A stretch of DNA of 64,000 bases. It comes from Octopus sinensis. Taxonomy: Eukaryota. Of this stretch, positions 25,260 through 40,230 are shown in pieces (position 1 is the first letter of the stretch; every line of letters starts with the position of its first letter). The DNA lies in assembly GCF_006345805.1 (NCBI RefSeq), contig NC_043004.1, forward strand, positions 35,836,001 to 35,900,000, written 5' to 3'. The notes beneath the pieces were generated by a model. It worked only from the letters and a program-made list of their open reading frames with translations. It ran no database searches and was not told where the DNA came from. Both the position numbers and the translations under genes were made by a program.

Positions 25260-26752
25260 CATTTTACATCTGACATTCTATGCAATCATTGCAGTGTATT
25301 GTTGGTGCTATGTTTTGGTTTTGTTTCCTAGTAGAATAACTGTTTCTCAACTAATTAGAGAAAGAAGATTAACAGTTTTACCTGATTATGTCAGTAAAAT
25401 AACATGCTTAGTTGGGTTGAGTTAGCAAAAAAATACTGAAACATATCTTTAGTTATATTCTATAAATGCTGATATGATTAAAATAAAATTATTCACTGAG
25501 CTTAATGTTGTCTTTTCTTGTTACATAATTATTGCTAATTAATTTCTGATACTTATTGTATAAGTATGTTAACACTCACCTTAGCATTAATGATTGCAAT
25601 CCTGCTATTAGCATACTTTTAATCCACAAAGTTCGAATTAATAAGTAAGCATTTCGAATACTGTGTTCCATTCGTTTGTATTAATGATTTCCTTTGTGGA
25701 TGTGTACCTCACATTTAGAGAGAAAAGGAAATGGAAATTTAGAGATTTCAGCCTTACAATAAGTGTGAAGTGGTTCTGAGTATATAACAAAACCAATTCA
25801 TTGCCTTGGTATTCAAACTTCTTACTGATGCATTATAGAACAGGCTGTGTTAATGTGTATTATATCAATGCCTATTCTACAGCAGTCACATGAATTCACA
25901 ATTGAGTAGAAGTTTGTTTGCATTCCTGTTGTGTTCGAAGTGTGTTGAAGTTATATTTTCTTACTGACAGAGAGAGAGGAGGGGAGCAAACAGAGAGAGA
26001 GAGACGGGGAGAGGGAGAAGTGTGGCATATCAGAAGGATTGGTGCAAATTAATACAATTGGTGCAGTTGATAAGAATGACTGACATAGAGCGAAATTCCA
26101 CCTTTCTTGTAGTGTACTATTGTTATTATTATTTCCCAGTTTTATTATTGGTAATGTGCTTTCACTGCACACTCTAGCAGAATTTCATTTCTCTCGGATA
26201 CATATGTATGGAATGTTATCAGTTTATAAATCTGCAACGTTGCCAGGTGCTCACAGTTCTCTACCAGTTTCACAATACAGATGGTGATATCAGCTCTTAC
26301 GATCAGCGCAGAATTATTGAAGCAGCTGAGTTACAATATTCACAGGGGAACTAAGCCTCAGTGAAAGTCAACTGAACAGTTTATTCTGAAGGAATTTTAT
26401 CATGGAGTCTATGGACAACTATCAGAAATCTATGGCTGTAGAAATGTTACCAGGGGATACTGCCAGTTTGAAGTACCATCAACTGGGCCTACCTGGGAAG
26501 TACACTGCGTGACAAAGCCATTTCGCATGGTCTCCAGTAATGCTGACTTGTGGAGTTGTTTCAGATATCTGCTGTTGTGAGTAGAAGAGATTTAACCATC
26601 CTGCTGATTGTGCTGTTGTCTTGTTCTTTTCACTGGTCTGATGTTGAGGCTGACATCATATTCCATGGTCAAGATTGAAATGACTTTAAGTTAAATCCTT
26701 AGCAACTTCTCCATGAAAATGGTGAGAAAAGTAATTCCCTGAGTTAATTTGG

Positions 26753-26849
26753 GATGGGTATATCAGGTTCTGTATATTTTACCCCAGTGTGATTTTGATG
26801 CCATCAAAATCACACTGGGGTAAAATATACAGAACCTGATATACTCATC
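26753..26849. repeat. Near-perfect palindrome, 48-bp arms, 1-nt spacer
   Basis: 26758-26800 pairs perfectly with 26802-26844 around C26801; extends to 26753/26849 with one G.T. Confidence 0.95.
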
Positions 26850-27302
26850 ATGACTACCCTTCTGATTAGGGTATACCAGGCACATGCATCAACCATATGT
26901 GCATGACATTGCAGGTGGGGCCCAGTTAGAATTTTCTTCATGTTGAGTATCTCATACCACTCAAAAGACCCCTGAATAAGGGTTGTTTAAGGATGTTGAA
27001 CGAAACACTCATGATTCCAGAGGTGAATTATTCCAACCCCAAAGAATTCCTTTCAACACATGGCTATGATGCTCCCCCACTACTTCTGCTCATGATCAGA
27101 GATGCACATATCGTCAGCCACTAAGGGACATGCTCATCTGGTTAAGGTCAAACAACTGACAAGCAAATCTGTGGCATTGAGCAGAATAATTGCTGTAGCC
27201 CTTCTTTTATACCAAGATAAAACATGTACATGGTAACACTTCCAATTAATTAAGATCAGAAGCCATTAGAACCACTGCCTGGTACTGCATCATGGCATTG
27301 GT

Positions 27303-27436
<134 letters not shown>

Positions 27437-28595
27437 TCATACCAAACTTGTTAGTGCATCAGACAAAATCACTTTTCCAGTTGTTTTCTTTCTAAGTTCA
27501 AATCTCGGAATGGCCAACTTTTCCTTTCATTTTCTGATGTTCAAGTGACTTAGAAGAGTATCCTTTTGAGTCACCTTTCATCCTTCCTGGGCCTTGTAAC
27601 TGATGTACACTTGCCTAGACAAAATTTTCCCCCTCCAATAAAGAGAGAATACATTTTTGCTGGAAGCCAACCAGTCTGAACAAAACTTAGTGGATGCATT
27701 TGAAAGGTATTTCAATGGTGTATATACATTGGGTGTGGTACACAGATAGCTATTTTTGTTTAATGCTACTTCAACTACATACATCAAAGCTGTTTTCATA
27801 AATTATTCATTATTTTTAAAATCAGTTAAAATAAAGGCAAATTATTCCAATAAAAATATGGTAACAAAGCTGCGAAACCAGACAAGAGAAAATTGGATCA
27901 CACAAACAATAGAATCAAGACACATGGAATGAAGGCATTCAAAAACCACTGAAGTCAGACTGGCACGATAAAATATACACAGTCATGATGTAGATAATGA
28001 CGAAGAATATGATAATGGTAAAGTGATTTTGATTATGACAATAATAATGATGATGAGCATAATGGTATTGGTGGCAAACTTTGATAGTATATTAAACATA
28101 ATTATCATTGTTTTATTTGCCAAAATGAAGAATTAAATGGTTTTTAGAAAGTCTATTTGGATCTATTATTTTCAATGTCCTGCTAACGAAAGAAATTATG
28201 ATTTTAAAGGATCATCCAACTCATAACTGAATACAAAGTGGTTGTTAATCTTAAAAATAAATAATTATGTTCTTGGATTAAGCATGTTTATTGTTGAATG
28301 TATGTACATCAATTCTGATGGCATTCTTTCAAGAGGGAGAAATTTTCATTCTGAAAGAAATTTAGGTGTAATTTACATTGAATATTAGATACAATTTCTA
28401 AATGTTTTCAAACAGAATGTCTTTTTGAATGCTGGTCAAAATTTTCAGAGAAATTGATATCCTGTTTCAAACAGAATTATAACATTAATGCTTAGTAGCC
28501 TCATAGATCAAAACAGTTCAAACCACATTAAAAATTCAAATTATTGCTTATTTTATTACTCTTTGGAATGAGTTTGTGGCATGCTTTTCTCTCTC

Positions 28596-28659
<64 letters not shown>

Positions 28660-29662
28660 CATGAGTCTCTGGATGATTTATGGTATGGAATGCTTAATGG
28701 GATTAATATTTCTTCAATTTATTGAAGGTTTATATTTGCTGAAAATAAAGTTGGGTAGATAAATAGGATATTAGATAGTGAGTTCAGGAAAGATAAAGTT
28801 ATATAGAAAGATGATTACATTAAGAGTTTGAAAGTTGAACAAAATAGAAAGCGACAGACTAAAGTATTCAGCAAACAGCTTCAGGGAAATTTAAATATAT
28901 ATGAGGAGGGGAAAAAAAAATATGTTTCTTTCCTGAACATATTTCTTCTCGCATCCCATACATCACATATTCCCCACCTTTAACATGTTTTATATTTATG
29001 AAGTCTCACCATTAACAATAACATAAATTCAAAACGACACATCTCTTGCCAGGTTTTCACTCTTCAACTTTTTTCCTTGTTTTCTTTTTCAGACTATTAC
29101 TGACAGTTTCTCATACCAGACCAATGAGATTCATAGATATATCACATCTAACTTTAACCATATCTGTAGATTTGACATTTATTTGGTATATGACATAATA
29201 TGACAATGCAAATAGCCATAGCCGAGTCGGTTAGCACCAAACTAAACAACCAGTTGAGGGAACATGGGTATGTATCAGTTCACCAATATCACATTTTACA
29301 TGTGGTCACTCATCTCACAACACCTCCTTGGCATTATTTTTGGTGTTATTTGGTCTTAAGTAAACCCTGACTGAGTTGACCCATGATCAAACGCATTCCA
29401 GATTTGACCATTCAGATCTGGAGAATCAGTTAGGTCCAGGGCAATTTTCATCAATGAGTAGATAGTAAGTTGTAAACCAAGAAAAGTAAGAGAGATATAT
29501 TAAAAGTGAGCTGCATGCAGGAAATGAAATGAATAAATAAATAATTGGATAGAAATTTTAATTAGGATAATTAAAGTTATGGATATAAAATAGAGTGTCT
29601 TGACAATTTACAGAGAATGTGATAATCACTTGGACTTTGTGTATATATATACACATAGATAT

Positions 29663-29718
<56 letters not shown>

Positions 29719-30712
29719 ACACATAAATATGGATTACAAATACACACACACATATGTATAATGGCCTACAATGACTTTATAGTCAAGTTAATTTACACGG
29801 CTACACTCACCCCATTAAATCCATACCCCTACTCTTGACCATTGAGGGTCAAAAATTATGTAAATTTACAATTATTTAGTATGGAACCTTGATGCGTGCC
29901 AGTTGAGTAAAAAGAGTTGTAAGACAATAATTACAATGATAAGAAACATTGATGATGATGATGATAATGAAGTAAGAAGGTGATGGTGATGGCAGCAAAG
30001 ACAACAATGAGGAGGGGAGAGAGGAGTAGGTGTGGGTGGATAATGAAAGTTTTCTGTCGCTCTATAAAAACCAGATGTGGAGAATCATTATTTACAATCT
30101 CTCCTAAATAGTCAGTCTTTTGTTTTCTGTCTTGTGGTAGATTCTAAAACAAAGCATGGGCAGCTTGCATAAATTAAGAATGGAATTGCTTTTATACACA
30201 GCCATTTGGCACCTTTTCAATTAGATATCAAGAGAGTTTTTCATTGACAATGGATAGAGACACAAAATTATGCCAATAGCAAGAATGCAGTCGATTCATT
30301 CAATGGAAGCCGTATTAAATGAAATGATACATTTCTGAAGAAATAATAGTGCTTCTTTAGAATGTATGGTAACATCTGATACTGATTTTAGCTTTAATGA
30401 TCTAAATTTGATGAATATAATGTGAAGTAATGTATCTAATTTTATAATTATGATTCTTGTTATCAAGTAAAGTAAGATTCTTAAATCTATTATATATTCA
30501 ATGAATCTTTTAAACATTGTCACTATAATTATTTAATGTAAACAGGATTGAGGAGATACTGACAACCATCTAAGGGGTTTAGAATTCCCAGATAGAAACT
30601 CAGCACTGTATTGTGATTAAGATTTACCTATTACTGCAAAATACACATTGTTGTACACAGGTACGCTAGAAAGGTGCACACCACTACAATTAGTTGTGAT
30701 GACATCAAAAAA

Positions 30713-31049
30713 TCAAATGGAAATTGTAGTTGTGATACCTGTGCCGGTGGCACGTAAAAAGCATCGCCCATACGTGGCCGATGCCAGTGCCACCTTGACT
30801 GGCTTCTGTGCCGGTGACATGTAAAAAGCACCAACCAATCATGGCAGTTGCCATCCTCCCCTGGCACCTGTGCCGATGGCACGTAAAAAGCACCCACTAC
30901 ACTCACGGAGTGGTTGGCGTTAGGAAGGGCATCCAGCTGTAGAAACACTGCCAGATCAGACTGGAGCCTGGTGCAGTCTCCAGGCTTCCCAGACTCTGGT
31001 CGAACTGTCCAACCCATGCTAGCATGGAAAACAGACGTTAAACGACGAC

Positions 31050-31090
<41 letters not shown>
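30713..31090 (+). mobile_element. RTE-3'UTR/SINE-like repeat with long (GAC/GAT)n tail
   Basis: Same body as 12024-12357 and 35547-35828; the tail continues into (GCT)n to ~31124. Confidence 0.85.
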
Positions 31091-31124
<34 letters not shown>

Positions 31125-31811
31125 AAAAATTGTCTTGTGTTTCAGTGACTTGCAAACTGGATTTAAGCCTTTCTATGTCAAGGTATTTTTCAGGTGAAGA
31201 TTTGTGTTTCCTCTGTGCAACACTTCAGAAATTAGTATTAAACCTAAGAAGTCATCAGAAGAGATTCTGTTTTTACAATATAAATTTGTATTCAGCTGTT
31301 TACAAGCACTTAAATCATTAATCAGATACTTAATTGCCATAATTTACCATAATGAATGCATCCAAGAATTTCTGGTAGATTTTCTTTATCTGAATTAAAG
31401 TAGGATTTTAGATTACTATTAAAAAAAAAGTCAACCAAATTCTGGTGCATTACAGAGTTATTTCTGGCAGTTGCATTGGATGCACCATAATGTGATACTG
31501 CAACGACAAAACTTTAGGCTTCTGAGACTTAAGTAATTTGCTTGTGTTGTAAGCAACTCGGTTAAGATCTCAGTGGTTCTGGGATACAAACAGTTGAACA
31601 TTTGACTTGTAAGATAATATTGTAAAACTCTTAGAATATATATTTTCCCTTTATTCTTCTTTTAAAGATTTCAGTCAATGGGTTGTGGCCATACTGGGAC
31701 AATACAATCAAGGGCTTTTATCAATTATTTCAGTTGTAGTACTTTGTGAGTTATTTCACAAGCTTCCAATATTCAGACAGGATATAAACTCAGACATCAG
31801 TATTTCTATTG

Positions 31812-32273
31812 GAATCATCATCATTGTTCAACCATGGTCGAGACAATGGAATTTATTATGTTACACCAGACTTCACGGTCCATCATAGCATTACAGAGGT
31901 CTTGTTGCTGGATGCCTGTATCCCTGGAGATTACAACAGGGGAGGAGAGTGTGTGCCCTCTGGTATCGTGAGCAGATGGCTTCCAGAGGAGAAGAGTAGA
32001 AATTACCTCGTTTTCAGCTCTACAACAATGTCCAGCAAACTGGACTCTTCTACCTTTCACAAGAGATGATACAGGTGGTAATTTCCCATATATTTGTACT
32101 TTGGCTGGATGACGCTTCCACAAGAGAGTGTAAGTTCCATCCAACCGCCTCTCAAGCTTGTTTGATAACGTCCAGGTTTCTGAGCCATATAGTAGAATTG
32201 GTTCGACTGTGGCTTTGAAGATTTCAAGTTTGAAATCTCTACTTAGAATAGTTTTTACCAGCCCCACTGACAT
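31812..32273 (-). mobile_element. 5'-truncated RTE-clade LINE (C-terminus of ORF and short (TGA)n tail)
   Basis: KLEIFKATVEPILLYGSETWTL...RRLDG...RRVQFAGHCCR...MMDREVW matches RTE C-terminal motifs (LLYGSETW, RRLRWxGH, DRxxW). Confidence 0.85.
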
Positions 32274-32794
32274 AAGTGCAGGAACAAAATCTGTTTAGCG
32301 GGGTTGCTAACCCAAGTCCTACCAAGGATATTAAGAGGATTTTCATTGACCCCCAAAATTTTAGGAGGTGCTCTTACCCCCTCCCCTTGCACCACCTGTT
32401 CCTGAACCTATACCCACTGATATAAACATATCAATCTATCTGTTTATATGATCTTGACTGAATTTTGAAGGAGGACCTGTCGTTGGTCAGTCAGGTCTTC
32501 AGGTGCCTTTCATTGCTCCAACACATCACTGCACTTGCACCATCTCACTAGGACCCTTGGATACAATCTCGTCTTCATGTACAATGGCTCCTCTATTACA
32601 TTGGTTATCAGGTAGACATGTGCAGCACCTTTAGATGAGCATCTTGCCTCTGTGCCATGGTTGGGTCTTTTAGCTAAGGTTCATTAAGTGTTTGAAGAGC
32701 AGGTAAAAGAGGCTGTCAACATATGTTTATGGAATAGTTTTCTCTGCATGTGTGTGTGTGTGTGTGTGTGGTTAAATGCTTATTTATTAATCTT

Positions 32795-33030
32795 ATTTCT
32801 TTATTTCCCACAAGGGGCTAAACACAGAGGGGGCAAACAAACGGATTAAGTCGATTATATTGACCCCAGTGTGTAACTGGTACTTATTTAATCGACCTCG
32901 AAAGGATGAAAGGCAAAGTCAACCTTGGCGGAATTTGAACTCAGAATGTAGCAGCAGACGAAATACCACTAAGCATTTCGTCCGGCGTGCTAACATTTCT
33001 GCCAGCTCGCCACCTTCATAAGCCTTCATG
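32795..33030 (-). mobile_element. tRNA-derived SINE with 17-bp TSD
   Basis: GCTTATTTATTAATCTT at 32778-32794 and 33031-33047 flanks a copy of the 8785-type SINE. Confidence 0.9.
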
Positions 33031-33950
33031 GCTTATTTATTAATCTTGAAAAGGCCTTACCTACACAAGTCTTAATGTTTAGAGAGGATGATGGTGTGTG
33101 AACCGAATAACTTAATGGAGACACTTTCACTCTCTGGCAGGAGACCTGACCATGATACATGTGATCAACTAATGGTCAATTTTAAAATGCTGGTATTATT
33201 TTAACATCAGCAGAAAGTTGAGGCTCTGCTTAGAGTCTGAAGAACTCTCTTCATCAAGAGATCTTTCTGAACCTCAAAACAGAAGTTTTATTCTTCCATG
33301 AATATCAATATGTTCTAAGGAACTGGTCAAGTTCTACCAACCAACAGGGACTGGTGTTTGCTTCAATATGATTTTTACACCCTTCTTATTTGATCAGTCC
33401 TTCCATTCTTTGCTTTATATCACACTCCCCATTCTATCTCTATACACCAACTCTCTTTTTCCTTTTTGTTACATCCTCATCTCCTTCTTTTGCAATTTCC
33501 CTGTCATCCTCTCCTGTGCTCCCATATATACATGTCTATATGTAATATATCTGCATAACCATCCCTTTCTACATGGCCTGCTATAAAGCTTTTTTCAGCT
33601 AAAGGGATATAACTCTGAAATCCTTCATTTATAACATCCTTTGCTCAAATTTTGCTTTGGCTTACCAAAAGCCAAGCAGTTGGATTTTACCCTCGCCTTT
33701 CCACCTGACATGATATAATATTTATGCCTTCAGTGCAAAAGAGTTCAGCCAGTATATTGTTTCAGTCAGTCACGTCGGATGGCTTTTTGGTTTTAGGGAA
33801 AGTCTGACTTTGCATGAAACCATCTGATAAATTTGCCTGGCTAAAATTTGGTGCTTAATTTACATTTTGTATTCAATGTGAATCCATTCTGTCACACTGT
33901 GTGTGCTCTTTTTGCCAATTTAAGAACCGTCTGTGGGGATTTTACATCAT

Positions 33951-34312
33951 GAGCACCTTTTCAAACTCCACCGGTCTAACACCCATGGACATGTTTACAA
34001 AGTCAGAAAACAGCACAGCTCCCATGACTTTCAGAAACATTTTTTCATGCTAAGAGTTGCTGAAGCATGGAACAAACTGCTGGCATCAGTTGTTAGTTGT
34101 CGGAGCACTGCATCCTTCAAAACTTCCATGCTTCCTGAGATTCGCCAAAAACTACACCTGTTTTTCTCCCCTTCATACACACGCAAGCATGTATCTGACT
34201 CATACACTGTTCACTTCCCAGGCATTTGTACATTACTGCATATGCTTTATACGCACTTTTGACAAGGTGTGATGCACCTGAGCACTGTATACAATAATTT
34301 CATTATTATTAT
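33951..34312 (+). mobile_element. CR1-type LINE 3' end with (ATT)n tail
   Basis: HLFKLHRSNTHGHVYKVRKQHSSHDFQKHFFMLRVAEAWNKL...STASFK matches the CR1 TRGH...FFxxRVVxxWNxLP...FK end; closely similar copy at 42061. Confidence 0.85.
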
Positions 34313-34580
34313 TGCTTTAATATCCACTTACCTATGTTTGCATGGGTTAAAAGGAATTTGCTGAGACAGATTTTTCTATGGCTGGGTGCCCTTCCTGTCA
34401 CCAACCTTCACCTGTTTTTCAGTAAGGTAATATTTCTCCCTGACAAATCAGGTTTTCCGAGAAAATAAGAAATAAAAGACACCTCTTGCATGAGGTAGCC
34501 CTCGTTCATAATTATTTTGTGAAGTAAAGAAAAGAAAACAATAACACACACACATGTATGCCAGGCTTTCTTTAGTTTCC

Positions 34581-34810
34581 TATTTCTTTACTACCCACAA
34601 GAAGCTACACACAGAGTAGACAAACAAGGACAGATAAACGGATTAAGTTGATTACATCGACACCAGTGTGTAACTGGTACTTATTTAATCGACCCTGAAA
34701 GGATGAAAGGCAAAGTCAACCTCGGTGGAATTTGAACTCAGAACATAGCAGCAGACGAAATACTGCTAAGCATTTCACCCGGTGTGCTAAGGATTCTGCC
34801 AGATCGCCGC
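34581..34810 (-). mobile_element. tRNA-derived SINE nested in an older SINE, 10-bp TSD
   Basis: CTTTAGTTTC at 34570-34579 and 34811-34820; the flanks continue a decayed copy of the 46578-type SINE. Confidence 0.8.
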
Positions 34811-35350
34811 CTTTAGTTTCTATCAACCAAAGCCACTCATTGGGCTTTGGTCAATTATAGTAGAAAACACTTGAAAATCCATGCCGTGGATCTAAATCCC
34901 AAACCATACGGAAGCTAAATTCTTGCCACACTGCTACGCCTGCACTTGTGTGCATGTGTGTGTTTTTCTGAATATCAATCTGTCTATATATGCGTGTGTG
35001 TGTATAATATTCAGTAAGGTGATACACTGTAAAGTGAAATGAAGCAAGCAGCCAGGAATGGCTGAATAGACAGAAGCAACATTCAAACAAAGCAAAAAAC
35101 TTGTCTCACTTCCTTCCCTTTCTCATCGACTGCTGCCTCTCCTCAATATTTCTTTTGCCTTTTTGTGAGAGAGGTAAACACAGCATACACTCAAGCAAAA
35201 ACATCACTAATCTCCAAAGCTATAACAATAAACAAACATATATCTATATATACACACATAAGATCAACATTATCATCATCATCATCATCATAATTTAATG
35301 TCCGATGTATGTATTGGCATGGGTGTATATATACACACACACACACACAC

Positions 35351-35446
<96 letters not shown>

Positions 35447-35546
35447 GGTTTACATTCAAATATAACTATAAACACACAGATACACACACCCCTCTCTCCT
35501 CTCTCTCTCTCTATATATATATGCGGGTGTGTATGTGTGCATATAT

Positions 35547-35828
35547 ATGGCAGTTGCCAGCCTCACCTGGCTCCCGTGCCAGTGGCACGTAAAAAGCACC
35601 ATCCGATCATGGCCGTTTGCCAGACTCGTCTGGCACCTGTGCCGGTGGCATGTAAAAAGCACCCACTACACTCACGGAGTGGTTGGCGTTAGGAAGGGCA
35701 TCCAGCCGTAGAAACATTGCCAGATCAGACTGGGCCTGGTGCATCCTTCTGGCTTCCCAGACCCCAGTTGAACCGTCCAACCCATGCTAGCATGGAAAGC
35801 GGATGCTAAACGATGATGATGATGATGT
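35547..35828 (+). mobile_element. RTE-3'UTR/SINE-like repeat
   Basis: Close match to 30713-31090, with (GAT)n tail. Confidence 0.85.
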
Positions 35829-38800
35829 ATATTATAATGTGCATGTGTGTGTGTGTGTGTGTGTGTAAATAAGTATATATATAAAAAATATTGTTTGTTT
35901 TATATTAACATTTAGATGTTATTTAACTCCAGAACAGTCTCTGATAAATATACTGAAAGATGTTTTACTCATAATCATCTCATCTTTATTTCAAACAGTT
36001 TGTTAAGAACCATATTATCCACAAGAAAGTTTGTGTGTATGTGTGATTTCAAATAGATTTGACAGTTATTTCTAGCAGGCCAGATAGTCACGTTGAAGCT
36101 CCATTATAGGTGAGTGATCATCAGGAGTGATTCTACTTAATTGTTATCAATTTGGTTATTTGAAGATTGCTGTAAATCTGTGGTAAATTGAAATTAACAT
36201 AGGTAAGTAGTGTCGTCCATCCTGAATGGTTATCATTTGCATTGATTAGTAAGCTTTGAAATTGAAAAGCAGGAAATCGCTACCAAATATCTGATGCACA
36301 AAAAGGATAGAGATACAGGAAATTCATTCGAGTGTGACAACCAATATCATTAGTAGCTGTCTGAGAATCTGACTGTCAAACTATGCAAATCATTGAAGAA
36401 TTCCAAACTATAATTTTCATAAACTTTTATTTGGTCAGCCAGAAAAGCTTTGCAGTTTGTTGAATAACCATCTTTTATTCTGATAAAACAAAAATAGAAA
36501 TAAATATTGAACATAGACACATACTTGTGTGAATGCTTTTCCCAAAGACTCACAGATTCCAGTACAATCTGGAGCCTATTCTACAGGAATCACACATCCT
36601 GTTTGCATCTAAGACATACACCAAGTGCCACTTACCAGTCCATCTCTGCAGTCCATTGCTATACTCAAACTTCCTGTCTGTGATTAAGTAGATTCCACTT
36701 TCACACATCTCACTCCTGGATATCATCAGCACATTCACCCTTCTTCATCTCAAAATATGGACTAACATTCTCTGAACTCCTCCAGCCATCAACCATCCTT
36801 TAACTACCTCACATATTCTATCAAGAATACCTATTTCACTTTACCTCACTTTCTCAAATAATTGTCATTAATTAATTCAATGTACTCCACTCTTCTCAGC
36901 CCTCATCTTCATAATCACAGACAATATCATTTCCTGGACATATACACATCCTTGATTCTCTCATGTTAACACGCAAAGACCCTTTGTCTCTTTCCCAAGT
37001 CAAACCCCAGGTTTTGCCAAATCCCTCTGTCTTTATCCCTTTGGATTATTTGACCATTGCTTAATCATAATAACTCACCAAATATCCATCTATTAAGCAA
37101 TCCCTTGCACCATCAGCCTGCACCCACTGACCCTTCAAGCTGGTTGCAGTTGTATCAGGACATGCTACCCCTGGCAGCAAAGTTTAGAAGATAACCAAAA
37201 CTTGTGTAACAGTTTCTCTGCATTCTGTACAAAAGCGCCATCACTCCAAATCAGCTGACTCTAGCAGACATGCCACAGCAACTCCAGTGAAGAAGGTTGT
37301 CTATAATTCTACCAACGTGGTAGTTTTACCAACTACTGTTAACTCATGCAAGATTAAAAGACAAGCTACATGCCTCCCACTTTTATCAAAAGGATTTCAA
37401 CTAATTTTGTAAAATCCTCCACTTCACCATTCCTCAGCCAGGAAGCCTATCATTGGTATCCATCTCACACTACACACATCCAGCAAAACTACCAAAAGAC
37501 TTCTTAACCATTCTACTAGTTTCATCATAAAATACACATAAATGCAATACGTGAAAATCTCTGGTTGTTCCAAGCCATCAAGATTATTAACCTTGGCAAT
37601 GCCATTTCTAAACCTCTCAAACAGAGAGCACCAGAGCTGGCCTATCATCTCTCACCAAATTCTTCAATCCAAGTCATAAGCTTCATTTCAGAACATACAA
37701 ACACACAACATGCAAACTAGTCTCCCTCTGACCCTAACCTTGAATTCTGATGTATCCTAAAACAAGCTCCCCAAGATTAATCACACTTATGTTTCTTCTA
37801 CAAGCATTGACTTCAGGCTTGAAGATCAGCTATTTCATTCTGTCCAGCTTCTCAATAGAACTGCCTAACCATATCATAAAATATCTATCCGCACCCCCCG
37901 CCACACACAGAGCACAAATGCGTATGTATGTGTATTTGTTTTATCACTATTTGTATGCTTTGTTACCCTAAAATCCTTACACACTTTTCTCAAGCTTTGA
38001 CATGCAAAGAATTTTGATAACCTAGTTGTACAAAAAGAGTTTAGAATCATGAATCACAGAGGTTGTAGTGATTACTGAATTTGATGATGATGATGATGAT
38101 GATGAAAATGGTGATGTTTTCACTGAAACCCTGTTGATTGAAAAGATTATTCAATATCCAATATACCACAAAGACAAATCCTTTTAAACTTGTAGCAGAT
38201 ATATTTAATGGTAATGGTAACAGATACAATCTGAAGCGTATTTTAAATGTTTGTGTTTGTGTCAAGTAGAGTTTGTTTGGTTCTTTTCCATAAATCTCAC
38301 CGAGTATCACATAAAAATACATAGAAAACCGTTGAAAATTTAAGTATACTTAAAGCATTACTATTAAGAAGTGAAAGAATGGAATTCGAGAAGAATCTGT
38401 AGTGGCAAATATGGCATTTGGCATTTCTGAAAGTGTCATTTTTGTAGAAATTAAGGAATATTTATGAAAACTAAATCATATTCTTCAATTTGGATAAATG
38501 ATAGAGAAATTGTTCTGGTGAGAGATATTTTAAAGAATAAATAAGATCCAGTCTGAGTAGATTAACTTTGTGAAATGTAGTAGAATGAAGGTGTAATCTG
38601 ATTTATCTATAGATTATTCTGGTATAAAGATCCTTATCACTACTTTGAGCCTTCTCCTCGTAAAATATTCAACAGATTCACTCTGACATACAAGTGCTAA
38701 AGGTAATAACGTGCCCAAAGTCATTTCATTACATTTCAACTCCATTAATAACTCTAGTTGTATGCTTTTCATTATCATCATTTTAACATTTACTTTTCTA

Positions 38801-39014
38801 TACATGCATACATAAGTCAAGCAGAGTTGTAGAGCAAGATGTCTTTGCAAGTGGATGCTCTTCCTGTTGCCAATCCTCACCTGTTTCCAAGCAAGGTGAT
38901 TTTTTCCCATGTCTTCGTTTCATGTAACATTGGAAAGGAACATCACCATTTCTAAGGCAACTACTGTGCAATGTCAGGACAAAAAGTCATAAATACACAT
39001 AAATAAACATATAT

Positions 39015-39247
39015 ATTTCTTTACTACCCACAAGGGGCTAAACACAGAGGGGACAAACAAGGACAGACAAACAGATTAAGTCGATTACATCGACCTCAGT
39101 GCGTAACTGGTACTTAATTTATCGACCCCGAAAGGATGAAAGGCAAAGTCGACCTCGGCAAAATTTGAACTCAGAACGTAACGGCAGACGAAATATGGCA
39201 ATGCATTTCGCCCGGTGTGCTAACGTTTCTGTCAGCTTGCAGCCTTA
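39015..39247 (-). mobile_element. tRNA-derived SINE (8785 family)
   Basis: Near-identical body and B-box to the other copies. Confidence 0.9.
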
Positions 39248-39913
39248 AATACACATATATGGGGGGTTTCTTTCAGCTTTTGTCCACCAATTCCACTTAC
39301 AAGGTTTCGGTTAGCTTGAGGCTATATTCAAAGACACTTGAGTTATTTTGTACAGTCATTATTATTACTTTATATATTTTTCTTTTGAAATTCCCCATCC
39401 AGTGGTGCTGCCTATGCTGACCGCTGTGGTGGATTAAACAGAATATTTAATTAGATTTTCCACTGCTGTATGTGACTGCAGGTCACTACATTTGAGGTTA
39501 GTGAGTGTCCATCTGCCGTCAGAAAAGTGATATTTCATCTGTTTATAATTCAGCCTACATAACTGCGAATATATGTCATCCTGAAATACAACTGACCACA
39601 GTAATAAAGAGAAGCACTGATAATTAATAAGTGTTACACGAGATGGCAGAGATCAATCAATTATAGCTACAGCTCAAAGACTCACTTTCCTGAAATCTGT
39701 GAAACTAATAATCAATTAGTGGTTATGTGTAAATATGAATATTGAAGCAATTGACTATTAAGGTACTTACAACATATAAATAGGTTAGCTGAGATGGTTA
39801 TCATCTCTTGTCATGCCTTCTTCTTATTCTGGTTAACTCTGCTTTTATCAAAGTCAAACAAAGAAGACCTGCACTAAATTGATGCATATCAATGCCAGGA
39901 ATGATGCATCGTT

Positions 39914-40230
39914 CATCATCATCATCGTTTAACGTCCTCATTCCATGCTAGCATGGGTTGGACGATTTGACTGAGGACTGGTGAACCAGATGGCAGCACC
40001 AGGCTCCAATCTTGATCTGACAGAGTTTCTACAGCTGGATGCCCTTCGAGAGTGTAGTGGGTGCTTTTATGTACCACTGGCATGAGGGCCAGTCAGGCGG
40101 TACTGGCAACGGCCATGCCCAAATGAAGTTTGTTTTTTATGTGCCACCTGCACACCGGCACAAGTGCCAGTAAGGCGATGCTGGTAACGATCACACTCGA
40201 ATGGTGCTTTTTACATGCCATCAGCATGGA
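39914..40230 (-). mobile_element. RTE-3'UTR/SINE-like repeat
   Basis: (ATC)n tail then the shared body. Confidence 0.8.

Noticed and set aside
26365-26583. ~70-codon open frame EFYHGVYGQLSEIYGCRN...KPFRMV ending near a GTGAGT donor-like site
   Set aside because: No good acceptor; looks more like a decayed RTE endonuclease segment, but the similarity is too weak to call either way.
27644-31182. Phase-compatible putative exons 27644-27706 and 31146-31182 giving LVDAFESDLQTGFKPFYVK, vaguely like the group II decarboxylase D...G..PF.V motif
   Set aside because: No following ATxGTT exon found, the alignment is loose, and such splice signals are common in AT-rich DNA. RNA-seq junctions would be needed.
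36560-37650. Possible very old RTE reverse transcriptase on the minus strand
   Set aside because: Only faint motif echoes (FDLGK, RVNVLMIS); not supportable without a profile search.
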